Shown: one piece after another, positions 12,258 through 24,400 of the stretch | Layout of the letters: every line of letters starts with the position of its first letter | How positions within the stretch are numbered: position 1 is the first letter of the stretch | Assembly: GCA_951406725.2 (NCBI GenBank) | Contig: OX597816.1 | Location: 21,700,001 to 21,764,000 of the forward strand | Length of the DNA: 64,000 nt | Direction of reading: 5' to 3' | Source of the DNA: Octopus vulgaris | Taxonomy: Eukaryota | The notes under the pieces: model-generated | Databases searched by the model: none | What the model was told of the DNA's origin: nothing | Seen by the model: only the letters and a program-made list of their open reading frames with translations | Position numbers and translations under genes: made by a program

Positions 12258-12650
12258 AGGCGTGGCTGTGTGGTAAGAAGCTTGCTTCCCAGCCACATTA
12301 TTTCGAGTTCACTCTTACAGAATGGAAAATTGCGCAACTGGCAACATGGGCATGTGTCTTCTACAATAGCCTCAGGCCGATCAAAGCCTTGTGAGTGGAT
12401 TTCGTAGGCGGACACTGAAACAATCCCGTCGTTTATATATATGTGTGTGTGTTTCTGTTTTTTTCCCACCATCACTTGACAACCGATATTGATGTGTTTA
12501 CGTCCCTGTAACTTAGCGGTTCGGCAAGAGAGACCGATAGAATAAGAATTAGGCTTACAAACTATAAGTCCTGGCTTCGATTTGCTCGATTAAAGGCTGT
12601 GCTCCAGCATGGCTGCAGTCAAATGAGTGAAACAAGGAAAAGAATTAAAA
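12258..12650 (+). mobile_element. SINE family A
   Basis: Head-to-tail match to family A, moderately diverged. Confidence 0.88.
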
Positions 12651-12763
12651 ATATATATACCTGTTTCAAGCTTTGGGTTGTTTTGTATGCGAAATAGTAA
12701 TTTTACATCAGAAGTGTGTAATAAAATTGTAATGACGATTTCAACCATACTATTACCTACTTT

Positions 12764-13012
12764 GTGGAGGCGCGTGGCTTAGTGGTTAGGGTGTTGAACT
12801 CTTGATCATAAGGTTGCGGTTTCGATTCCTGGATCGGGTGATGTGTTGTGTTCTTGAGCAAAACACTTCATTTTCACGTTGCTCCAGTCCACTCAACTGG
12901 CAAAAATGAGTAATCCTGCGATGGACCGGCGTCCCTCCCGGGTGGGGAATTTCTACGCCACTGAAACCGGGAAACCGGCCTTTATGAGCCTGGCATGGCT
13001 CGAGAAGGTACA
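12764..13012 (+). mobile_element. tRNA-derived SINE family D
   Basis: Head GGAGGCGCGTGGCTTAGTGGTTAGGGTGTTG...GGTTTCGATTCC and body CTGCGATGGACCGGCGTCCC. Imperfect TSD TATTACCTACTT / TATTACGTATTT. Second copy at 25977-26217. Confidence 0.85.
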
Positions 13013-14124
13013 TTTTTTATTACGTATTTAATCCAAGAGATTATATTTTTACCACCTCGCTGAATGACATAATTTATATTTAATGATAGATATATATGTA
13101 TGTACTTCACAGACACAGGCAATTCAAAATGGACATTTTTTTACACTATTTCCTGATTGAAGTTAGGGTACAATCGATGTATCCTACATCGCTATGCGAT
13201 CAGAATTTATGTTGCCCAAGCTGGTGATGTATCTTATTATTCTTTATAATATTGTTTAAAGCTAGTTAAAACCTAATTGAACTAATTTATATGTAAATGT
13301 ATTCAAACTAAGACCCCTTTTTGTTTCAGCAAGACAGTTGTTGTAATCGATTTGAGGTAGATACGACTACTATTTCTGATGCGAGAAGCGAACATGTGGA
13401 GCTTTCTCCGTTTACAATACTTGAAACTTGAATAACACTGTCGGATATAAAAAAAAAAATTCGATGCGAGAAGAACGTAATGAGATATAAATTATCCGAT
13501 AAATCTAGTTGTCTTCTAGCTTCTTACTGTCCGGAATAATATTGTGTTCTAACACAGATACAAGGTCATGCATTTGAGGGGTGGTGGTGGTGGTGGTAGT
13601 GGTGGGGAGACCAGCATTTATATTGATACCAGAAACTCACTGTTACCTCATTTCATCGATCTCACAATGGGAAAATAAAAAATAAAATTTGTTGTGATTT
13701 GAAACCAGAACAGGAAGATCCATCGACAAAAATCTCCGATGCCCTACAGATTTTTACAATGCAACCCCCACCCCGATTCTATAATAACAGTCATTAGAGA
13801 GATATTGTCCTGTTCTGTTTTGTTAAGCCTCCTTTATTTGCCTGTTGCTTCCAATGGACTTCACAATGAACTTGATTCAGTGGTCAAATTAAGATTTGAA
13901 TGTAACACATTTCCCTATGGCAACAAAACATCCAGCTATGTCCAGAATGCTTGTATTAAATTACGCGCGCATGCACACAAGTGCAAGCGTTGACCCCCCA
14001 CACACACACACACACAAGCATATGCGCGTGCACACGACCATATACACACACATGCACACGCACACATAAATGCCTAGTAACATAGTCACGATTTACATAT
14101 ACGTATCAGAATATATTCAATTAA

Positions 14125-14549
14125 TAGGCGTGGGAGTAGCTGTGTGGTAAGTAGCTTGCTTGCCAACCACATGGTTCCGGGTTCAGTCATACTGGGCAAG
14201 TGTCACCTTGGGCAAGTGTCTTCTACTATAGCCTCGGGCCGACCAAATCCTTGTGAGTAGATTTGATAGACGGAAACTGAAAGAAGCCCATCATATATAT
14301 CTATATATTTATATGTATGTGTGTGTATATGTTTGTATGTGTGTGTTGCCCCCCCCTCCAACATCACTTGACAACCAATGCTGGTGTTTTGACGTCCTCG
14401 TAACTTAGCTGTGCGACAAAAGAGTCCGATAGAATAAGTACTAGGCTCACAAAGAATAAGTCCTGTGGCGATTTACTCGACTAGAGGCGGTGCTCCAGCA
14501 TGGCCACAGATGACTGAAACAAGTAAAAGTGTAAAAAGAGTAAAGAGTA
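14125..14549 (+). mobile_element. SINE family A
   Basis: Head-to-tail match to family A. Confidence 0.9.
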
Positions 14550-14745
14550 GATGCAGATATATACGAAGCAGCATACACTCGCTTCACATGCACGCACGTA
14601 TTTCAGATTTTTTAATATGCTAGACCATCGGTTTTAAATTGATATTAATCAAATAAATATTCAATTTTTCACCCTTATCATTTTAAATTTATATGTATAT
14701 ATGTATATATGTATATATGTATATATGTATATATATATACATATA

Positions 14746-14805
<60 letters not shown>

Positions 14806-15092
14806 CACCTAAATTTTTGGCGCATACACACCTGTAAATGTATGCCTGCGTCAGTATAAACTAATAAAAATATGTATTGCAGATACTACACTATATGTTC
14901 CCTTCGCCAAACATCAATCTGCGAGTTACTAGGAATATTTGAAATGAAATTTGTTCGTATATAAATAGATGTAAATTGCTCGAAGATATCACAGGCCAAT
15001 TTAGAATTCTTTTTAATATATATTTTATTTTGCTACCAAATAATCAGCGTCTGTTGTACGCAAACAGAAAAGGTTCGGCGGATGAGTGTCTG

Positions 15093-15131
15093 CGGCTGAT
15101 GAAGTGTAATGATGCCAAAACATGCGTCCTA
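15093..15131 (+). ncRNA. degenerate hammerhead motif
   Basis: CTGATGA-A-GTGT aatg ATGC-C-AAAA-CATGCG-TC. G12 is mutated and helix I is poor. Confidence 0.3.
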
Positions 15132-15319
15132 CATTCCGATAACGTCATTCATATCTCGACTGTGCGTGCTTTCACATCGTTTTTCTATAAGAGAATAACT
15201 CAGTAATAATCTTTCCACATTAGAATTTACAAGAACCTTTTAGGTATAAGTGCACATAGCTTCAGCTTATTATCGCTGCTCATTTCGTGTAGTCTGTGAT
15301 TTTGGCATTGTCTGTGCGA

Positions 15320-15449
15320 GCATGTATATGTGTACATATAGATATATACTTATTACATACACACATACATACATACACACATACATATATACATATATAT
15401 ATATATAAACACATACATATACATATATGTACGTGTACATAAATGTATG

Positions 15450-15518
<69 letters not shown>

Positions 15519-15782
15519 ATATATGTACATATATTCATATGTATATACATACATATATACATACATGTATATCTCTATATATATATATATACATATATGT
15601 ATATATAAATATATATATAAATAGCTAGATAGACATGAATATATATGTATATATATATATGTGTGTGTGTGTAAACATATATATATATGTATATATACGT
15701 ATATATATATATATACATATATATATAAATATATATATATATATAGATATATAGATATATATATGTAGATATATATATATAA

Positions 15783-15825
<43 letters not shown>

Positions 15826-15953
15826 CACGTACATATATATAAAATAGAGAGAGAGAGAGTGAAAGAGATGGGGAGAGAAATATGCAAAGATAGAAATATG
15901 CAGATACACCAGCATGCAAGCGCATATAAAAATACACGCATGCATACATGCAT

Positions 15954-15986
<33 letters not shown>

Positions 15987-16000
15987 AACACACACATATA
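15320..16000. repeat. compound (TA)n/(TACA)n/(GA)n microsatellite tract
   Basis: Directly visible. Confidence 0.9.
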
Positions 16001-16420
16001 CACACAAATATGACACAGCGAATCTTTACAAAAAAAAATGAATATAACATTTAAGTAGTTTAGTTTTGAAATGGCGCTGTGAATAAATATAAACATAGAA
16101 AACGAAAAGAAGAAACGTCTCAATCATTCACCACTCCCGATGAATTGTGATTTGTTTGTATTTATATAACAAAAATGGAATGAAAATTATGCAATTTTTT
16201 TCTCTTTTGTTTCGAAAAAATGCTATGCTGATTTATTTACTTTTTAAAGTGTTTATCTTTTGAGGATGAACTCATTAAAGACAGGTGAAACTGTGTTAGG
16301 AAATAAATATATTTTTCTAATTGAAATATTTCCATCAGTTCAAACCAATTACTATTCATATTATCTGTGTAGTTCGTGCTCACTCTCTTTGTCTTTCTTC
16401 CTCTGTATTTAGCTGTGTGC

Positions 16421-16463
<43 letters not shown>

Positions 16464-16716
16464 TTTCTCTCTTCCTCTTTATCTATATATATATATATAT
16501 ATTTAATTATGCATGTATATTTGCATGAATATGTATATTCATATATACTCATATACAATTACGTGCATTATATACTTACACACACATATATATATATACA
16601 CACAAATATACATATATATATATATAAATATTTATATATGATTATACATATAATGCATATGTGTATGCGTATATATGTGCGTGTGTGTATTCATGTATCT
16701 ATGTATACATGTGTGA

Positions 16717-16761
<45 letters not shown>

Positions 16762-17096
16762 GACAGACAGATAGACAGACAGACAGAGATTGATAGATTA
16801 GTGAAAAGATGATAAATCATGTACATTTCGAAACGATTGTGTGTGTACTTTTGTACCTGTATAATGTCTTTTTATTTATGGAGAAACATACATGCAGATA
16901 CACCAACATACAATCACATACAGGAATACGTCCATGTATACATGCATATATACGCACACTCGCTCACAAGTATACACACAGTTACACACACACAAACACG
17001 TTTGACAAAGCGAAACTTTACAAAAAATGAATATATCTTTTGAGCAGTTTGTTTTGAAATTGCATACACGCACACGAACATTTGCATACATATATA

Positions 17097-17306
17097 AAGG
17101 GTGACCCAGAAGTCGCGCACCATTCTGTTTTTCATTTAAAATAGTTAAATCATTTTATTTTGTTATATTTTTTCTGCATGCTTTATTGTAGAGGGTGCTC
17201 AATTTGAGTATTTGGTACGATTAATTTCAATAAAGTGTTTTGGAAATCAATAAGGGTGTATTCTTTAATATAAACCAGGGTGGTGCGCGACTTCTGGAAC
17301 ACCCTG
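17097..17306. mobile_element. Tc1/mariner-type MITE (210 bp)
   Basis: TIRs AGGGTGACCCAGAAGTCGCGCACCA / TGGTGCGCGACTTCTGGAACACCCTG, flanked by TA. Confidence 0.85.
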
Positions 17307-17388
17307 TATATATCTACTTCTGCTTATATGTGTGTGAGAGCGTGTGTATCCTTGTGTGTGTGTGTATGTGTTCGTGTGTGTCTATTTG

Positions 17389-17439
<51 letters not shown>

Positions 17440-17996
17440 GTGCCTGTACACATCTACAGTCAAAGTTACCTCATACCCTACTAGTAGGATATGAGAACTA
17501 GATAAGACTGAATGCGAGAACAATGTGGTGCAATGTTTCGGAATTAAAACCCCTTATCAAGAAGTATAAATAGAAGACAATCTCTAAGCTTATGTATACC
17601 CTTATGCGGAGATTTGGCGTATTGCGACACTGTCCATATTATTTTAACCAATTAATAGTACACGGCTTTCGCATTTCTGGTAAAGATAGGCTCATTTTAG
17701 TACGTGTGTCATTGTTTATATATACATGTGTGTGAGTATGTGAGTGTGTGTTCATATGATACGAGTGTATTAGGGTGTATATCTTGAGTAAATGAGAATC
17801 TTTGCGTGAATATGTGTACGTGTGGGTGTATTTTATGTTTGTGTTCACGTATGTATGTTTGTATGTATTATATATTGGTGTGTGTTCTGATTAAATAGAA
17901 ATGCATACACAAATATGCACACATAGTCAAATATACTTGTATGCCTTCCTTTGGAATATAAAGACACACACACACGGACACACGCACACACACACA

Positions 17997-18055
<59 letters not shown>

Positions 18056-20103
18056 ATACACACTGATTCTAATTTCTATTATGACACCATCTATAGTTAT
18101 TGTGTTTATCAAAATAACGATTCTGCCTAATTTGATTATATGTTATTGTAGCAGATAAAGTAGAAGACAGAATGTAAAGAGACAGAAATGAGAGAAAGAG
18201 AGAAGTGGAAAGAGGAAGAGGAAGAAGGGGATGTGCTGTGTCTTCTATCATTATTCTATTACGGTATTCCTGATTGAATAAATAAATATATAAATAAATA
18301 TAACTGAGAAAAGAGAGAAAGCTTAGTTGCTATTTGTGTTTTGAAAGAAAGTTTCTAAAGCCACCTTTAATGTTTCACTACCATAAGGAGCACTTTGAAA
18401 ACACTAATTAACTGTCTCATCAATTACTTTCCTTCGCTCTAAAATACTGTACTCACCCTCTACACTCCCTTACTTTCCGTTTCAATTTCTATGAAGTGGT
18501 AAAATAGTTTGATTTGCTTCAGCAAAGACGTATGGCTAGATACTACAGAAATTACTCATTATATAGTAAAATAGTGAGTCCCATAATTTTCATTGGAGAA
18601 AATGAGCTGTACTCCTTCTTTAAGGAGCTAGGCGTCAGTTGCTGTTTACTAAAAGCATTCGCTCGTACCAGTGCCCAGTTTAGTTTAGGTCAAATGAAAC
18701 AGACAAGGTTTATGATCACAAGCGATGTTACCATAATTATCCGTCTCATATTCTAACAGTATACACAGGACCATTCATACATTCATCACATAACAGTTCA
18801 AACTATTACTGTCGAATGCCTAACAATTACCCTCTGGCATGATAATACCTATAAAAATCTGTTCTGGGAAACCACTTTTACACAACACGATGACATCACG
18901 TAATGCTACTGAAGCATGACGGAAAATACCTTTAAGATAAGATTCACTCAATGCACCTACACTTTCATTTGCTGTGACAGGGTAAACGCTTTATCCTTCT
19001 CCATCTTCACCTGGAGACTTTTACGCCAAAAGAATTCTTGATAGGGGTTCTGTTTACTCACCTGTAGTTCGTAATTTCCAATTCTGCCTCCGTGTAAAAA
19101 TGCACATACCTGAGAAGCCTACAGTATATATCAATAGGGAAATCAACCATTCCTATTTTAGTCGCCAAAGACCATGTTCATGAACTACAATTCCTTAAAC
19201 ATGGAAACCAAAGAACTACCAACACAAGCCTCACTGATACACTGAGAATGGCAGGAAATATCTATGCTGCCCGTAAGGTTAAAATCTCTAGTCAAACAGA
19301 TTAGCACACTACCTGGTAATTGTGATGACTGAGTCCTAAATAATAACGATAAACCGACGCAAACGCTCTGCTTGCCCCTGCCCCCCACCCACACACGTGT
19401 GTATGTGTGTGTGTGTGTGCGTGTGCGTACGTGTGTGTGTGCATGCCTGTAAATATGTATACAAATGCAATTTTATATGTATGGTGATCGAAAATATTAA
19501 TAGCGTTCCAATTTTCAAATACGTTTCAAGTATGAGAATGTCTTTCAAAGTCTCACCGACTACATATCCAAAGTGTTCCTTATGTGGGAACGTTAGGTGT
19601 AATTTCAGGGAGACTATTTGTTCGTCCCTGGCTATCTTTTACACGATTAGTGTTCCCCAAATAAAATCGCCGTTATCAGTTCAAATCCTTATCCGTGTAA
19701 GTACGAAACAGTACGTATTTCTTAACATCAACATACCTTGTTTTAATAATTACTTCTATCTTTTTCTTTATCTCATAGAATTAGCCTGCCAGTAAATATC
19801 ATTAAAAAAATAACCCAAAATGGCCGAAAAGCTTCTGACGTTCATGTTGATCCCTGATAGGACGAATTTTGGTCTGCCACAAGAATTTATTGTGGAATTC
19901 ACACAGTACATTCATTAGAAATTTAATCTTAAGGTAAATACTGCAAAAACTGGCCTATCGACAGAATGCGTACATCAAGTAAGCTACATAGTTGGATATA
20001 AAAATATGATCTTTTTAAAATCTAACAGTATCGTAGCTATATGTTAGCATGTTAATCACAAGGAACTGTTAGACATCACTGCCATTATCATCACACTGCT
20101 TGG

Positions 20104-20720
20104 AGGCAGCGAGCTGGCAGAATCGTTAGCACGCCGGGCGAAATGCCTACCGGTATTTCATCTGCCGTTACGCTCTGAGTTCAAATTCCGCCGAGGTCGC
20201 CCTTGCCTTTCATCCTTTCGTGGTCGATAAATTAAGTACCAGTTACGCACTGGGGTCGATGTAATCGACTTAATCTGTTTGTCTGTCCTTGTTTGTCCTC
20301 TGTGTGTTTAGCTCCTTGTGGGCAGTAAAGAAATAGGTATTTCATCTGCCGTTACGTTCTGAGTTCAAATTCCGCCGCGGTCGACCTTGCCTTTCATCAT
20401 TTCGGGTTCGATAAATGAAGTACCAGTTGAGCACTGGAGTCGATGTAATCGACTTAATCCCTTTGTTGCCCTTGTTTGTCCCTTCTATGTTTAGCCCCTT
20501 CTGGGCAATAAAAGATAAGAATCGTTAGAACGCCGAGAAAATTGCTTAGCGACATTTCGTCTATCCTTACGTTCTGAGTTCAAATTCCACCACGGTCAAC
20601 GTTATCTTTCATCCTTTCGGGGTTGAGAAAAACGAGAACCAGTGAAGCACTAGTTCGATGTAATCGTCTTACACCTCTCCCCAAATTGCAGGCCTTATTC
20701 CAAAATTTGAAATTATTATT
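20104..20720 (+). mobile_element. SINE family B head-to-tail trimer
   Basis: Three successive units with TCTGAGTTCAAATTCC...CTTTCATC. The first two end ...TAAAGA(A)ATA; the third ends in the CCCCAAATTGCAGGCCTT tail. Confidence 0.88.
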
Positions 20721-21345
20721 ATCACTCTGCTTGGATATTCACCATCAGAGATTAGTGCAAGGCCGTGAGATTGCAACTAATTTAAATTTAATCATATCAA
20801 TACCTGCGCTTTTAATGACTTCAACAGACGGGAGATTTTTTAAACTGTAGCATACACACACTGCAATAATACATTGCATGAGCAGTGTATTTTGCAACCA
20901 ACATAATGCATATTTTTTTCAGAACATTTGATATGCTGATTGCGTTTAATCATTCGTCCAGTCGTCTTTTTGTAGTAGTTCTGTTTGAATCAGTATGGCC
21001 ATATGCTTTACAATCGCAAGAGAAATCATTACCAACCAGATTATATTTGCCGTTATTGATATGTTATAACTACCACTAACACCACCAACAGCAACATCAA
21101 GAAAAGCCAGTGGTTGAATGCTAAAGCAATGGGTGACTTTCAGGTGTGGAATTGCATTTAGACGCTGGAACACCTTTCACCTATTGGAAATTGATATAAT
21201 ATATCTTACATATTGTAAGATATTTTGCAACGGTTCAGCAATGGAGCATATACTAAAAAGGAAGCAAAATTATAATCGAACACATTACACGTAACTACGT
21301 ACGATCAAATGACATTTTAAAAACAGTACACAAATACGATTGTAT

Positions 21346-21364
21346 ATACATATATATATATGTT

Positions 21365-21430
<66 letters not shown>
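21346..21430. repeat. (TA)n tract at the left edge of the 545-bp array
   Basis: Directly visible; a matching (TA)n tract lies at 25941-25976 on the right. Confidence 0.95.
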
Positions 21431-21434
<4 letters not shown>

Positions 21435-24400
21435 GGCTTAGTAAAATAAATTACTTTGCCGCATACTGAACTCATTAGAAATAGCAGCTAAAAAACTTTT
21501 TTAAAGCTATTTCTAATACTTAAAGAAAATCTCTCTCATATATAGTGTTTGCTTGATTCAACTCACAAAAGTTTGGGGGTAAGGACATTAAAAAATCCAA
21601 TGCTAAGGTTATTTGAGAACGTACGTTTCAAGATTAGTCAAAACAACACTTCTATCTTCAGCTCAGAAACTCCTTGGTTTGGATTTGGAAACACTGAAAG
21701 TAAGAACATACCCTTTCGAAGATCCGCTCGTAACTAACAGTGCCAACAAACCCAAATAAGCAAGTGAAGAATTTCTGTTCTCCCCTTTCCACCAGCGTGG
21801 GTTAAAATCATCAAACGCTATGCTTATTTCGGTAAAATCCGAAGCATTAATTAGAGGGAGATTAATTATAATTTCAACAATTGAGGGTAAAATTAATTAA
21901 TTATTAATCAATTTCACCAAGTGTTCAGTATGCAAAGGGACCATTTAAGGCGAATTCAAATTATTACATTATATAAAAGGGCTTAGTAAAATAAATTACT
22001 TTGCCGCATACTGAACTCATTAGAAATAGCAGCTAAAAAACTTTTTTAAAGCTATTTCTAATACTTAAAGAAAATCTCTCTCATATATAGTGTTTGCTTG
22101 ATTCAACTCACAAAAGTTTGGGGGTAAGGACATTAAAACATCAAATGCTAAGGTTATTTGAGAACGTACGTTTCAAGATTAGTCAAAACAACACTTCTAT
22201 CTTCAGCTCAGAAACCCCTTGGTTTGGATTTGGAAACACTGAAAGTAAGAACATACCCTTTCGAAGATCCGCTCGTAACTAACAGTGCCAACAAACCCAA
22301 ATAAGCAAGTGAAGAATTTCTGTTCTCCCCTTTCCACCAGCGTGGGTTAAAATCATCAAACGCTATGCTTATTTCGGTAAAATCCGAAGCATTAATTAGA
22401 GGGAGATTAATTATAATTTCAACAATTGAGGGTAAAATTAATTAATTATTAATCAATTTCACCAAGTGTTCAGTATGCAAAGGGACCATTTAAGGCGAAT
22501 TCAAATTATTACATTATATAAAAGGGCTTAGTAAAATAAATTACTTTGCCGCATACTGAACTCATTAGAAATAGCAGCTAAAAAACTTTTTTAAAGCTAT
22601 TTCTAATACTTAAAGAAAATCTCTCTCATATATAGTGTTTGCTTGATTCAACTCACAAAAGTTTGGGGGTAAGGACATTAAAAAATCAAATGCTAAGGTT
22701 ATTTGAGAACGTACGTTTCAAGATTAGTCAAAACAACACTTCTATTTTCAGCTCAGAAACTCCTTGGTTTGGATTTGGAAACACTGAAAGTAAGAACATA
22801 CCCTTTCGAAGATCCGCTCGTAACTAACAGTGCCAACAAACCCAAATAAGCAAGTGAAGAATTTCTGTTCTCCCCTTTCCACCAGCGTGGGTTAAAATCA
22901 TCAAACGCTATGCTTATTTCGGTAAAATCCGAAGCATTAATTAGAGGGAGATTAATTATAATTTCAACAATTGAGGGTAAAATTAATTAATTATTAATCA
23001 ATTTCACCAAGTGTTCAGTATGCAAAGGGACCATTTAAGGCGAATTCAAATTATTACATTATATAAAAGGGCTTAGTAAAATAAATTACTTTGCCGCATA
23101 CTGAACTCATTAGAAATAGCAGCTAAAAAACTTTTTTAAAGCTATTTCTAATACTTAAAGAAAATCTCTCTCATATATAGTGTTTGCTTGATTCAACTCA
23201 CAAAAGTTTGGGGGTAAGGACATTAAAAAATCAAATGCTAAGGTTATTTGAGAACGTACGTTTCAAGATTAGTCAAAACAACACTTCTATTTTCAGCTCA
23301 GAAACTCCTTGGTTTGGATTTGGAAACACTGAAAGTAAGAACATACCCTTTCGAAGATCCGCTCGTAACTAACAGTGCCAACAAACCCAAATAAGCAAGT
23401 GAAGAATTTCTGTTCTCCCCTTTCCACCAGCGTGGGTTAAAATCATCAAACGCTATGCTTATTTCGGTAAAATCCGAAGCATTAATTAGAGGGAGATTAA
23501 TTATAATTTCAACAATTGAGGGTAAAATTAATTAATTATTAATCAATTTCACCAAGTGTTCAGTATGCAAAGGGACCATTTAAGGCGAATTCAAATTATT
23601 ACATTATATAAAAGGGCTTAGTAAAATAAATTACTTTGCCGCATACTGAACTCATTAGAAATAGCAGCTAAAAAACTTTTTAAAGCTATTTCTAATACTT
23701 AAAGAAAATCTCTCTCATATATAGTGTTTGCTTGATTCAACTCACAAAAGTTTGGGGGTAAGGACATTAAAAAATCAAATGCTAAGGTTATTTGAGAACG
23801 TACGTTTCAAGATTAGTCAAAACAACACTTCTATCTTCAGCTCAGAAACTCCTTGGTTTGGATTTGGAAACACTGAAAGTAAGAACATACCCTTTCGAAG
23901 ATCCGCTCGTAACTAACAGTGCCAACAAACCCAAATAAGCAAGTGAAGAATTTCTGTTCTCCCCTTTCCACCAGCGTGGGTTAAAATCATCAAACGCTAT
24001 GCTTATTTCGGTAAAATCCGAAGCATTAATTAGAGGGAGATTAATTATAATTTCAACAATTGAGGGTAAAATTAATTAATTATTAATCAATTTCACCAAG
24101 TGTTCAGTATGCAAAGGGACCATTTAAGGCGAATTCAAATTATTACATTATATAAAAGGGCTTAGTAAAATAAATTACTTTGCCGCATACTGAACTCATT
24201 AGAAATAGCAGCTAAAAAACTTTTTTAAAGCTATTTCTAATACTTAAAGAAAATCTCTCTCATATATAGTGTTTGCTTGATTCAACTCACAAAAGTTTGG
24301 GGGTAAGGACATTAAAACATCAAATGCTAAGGTTATTTGAGAACGTACGTTTCAAGATTAGTCAAAACAACACTTCTATCTTCAGCTCAGAAACCCTTGG

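Noticed and set aside
12764-12840. tRNA gene
   Set aside because: The tRNA-like head continues into a SINE body and tail and has a dispersed homolog; the same holds for the other SINE heads.
15270-16123. long ORFs (up to 248 aa) rich in YI/CV/HT
   Set aside because: Translations of dinucleotide microsatellites; the same applies to most ORFs in the track.
21549-21737. 62-aa ORF repeated in every array unit
   Set aside because: It starts at TTG, has no recognisable domain, is frameshifted in unit 6 and overlaps the antisense of the ribozyme. Its recurrence only reflects the DNA repeat.
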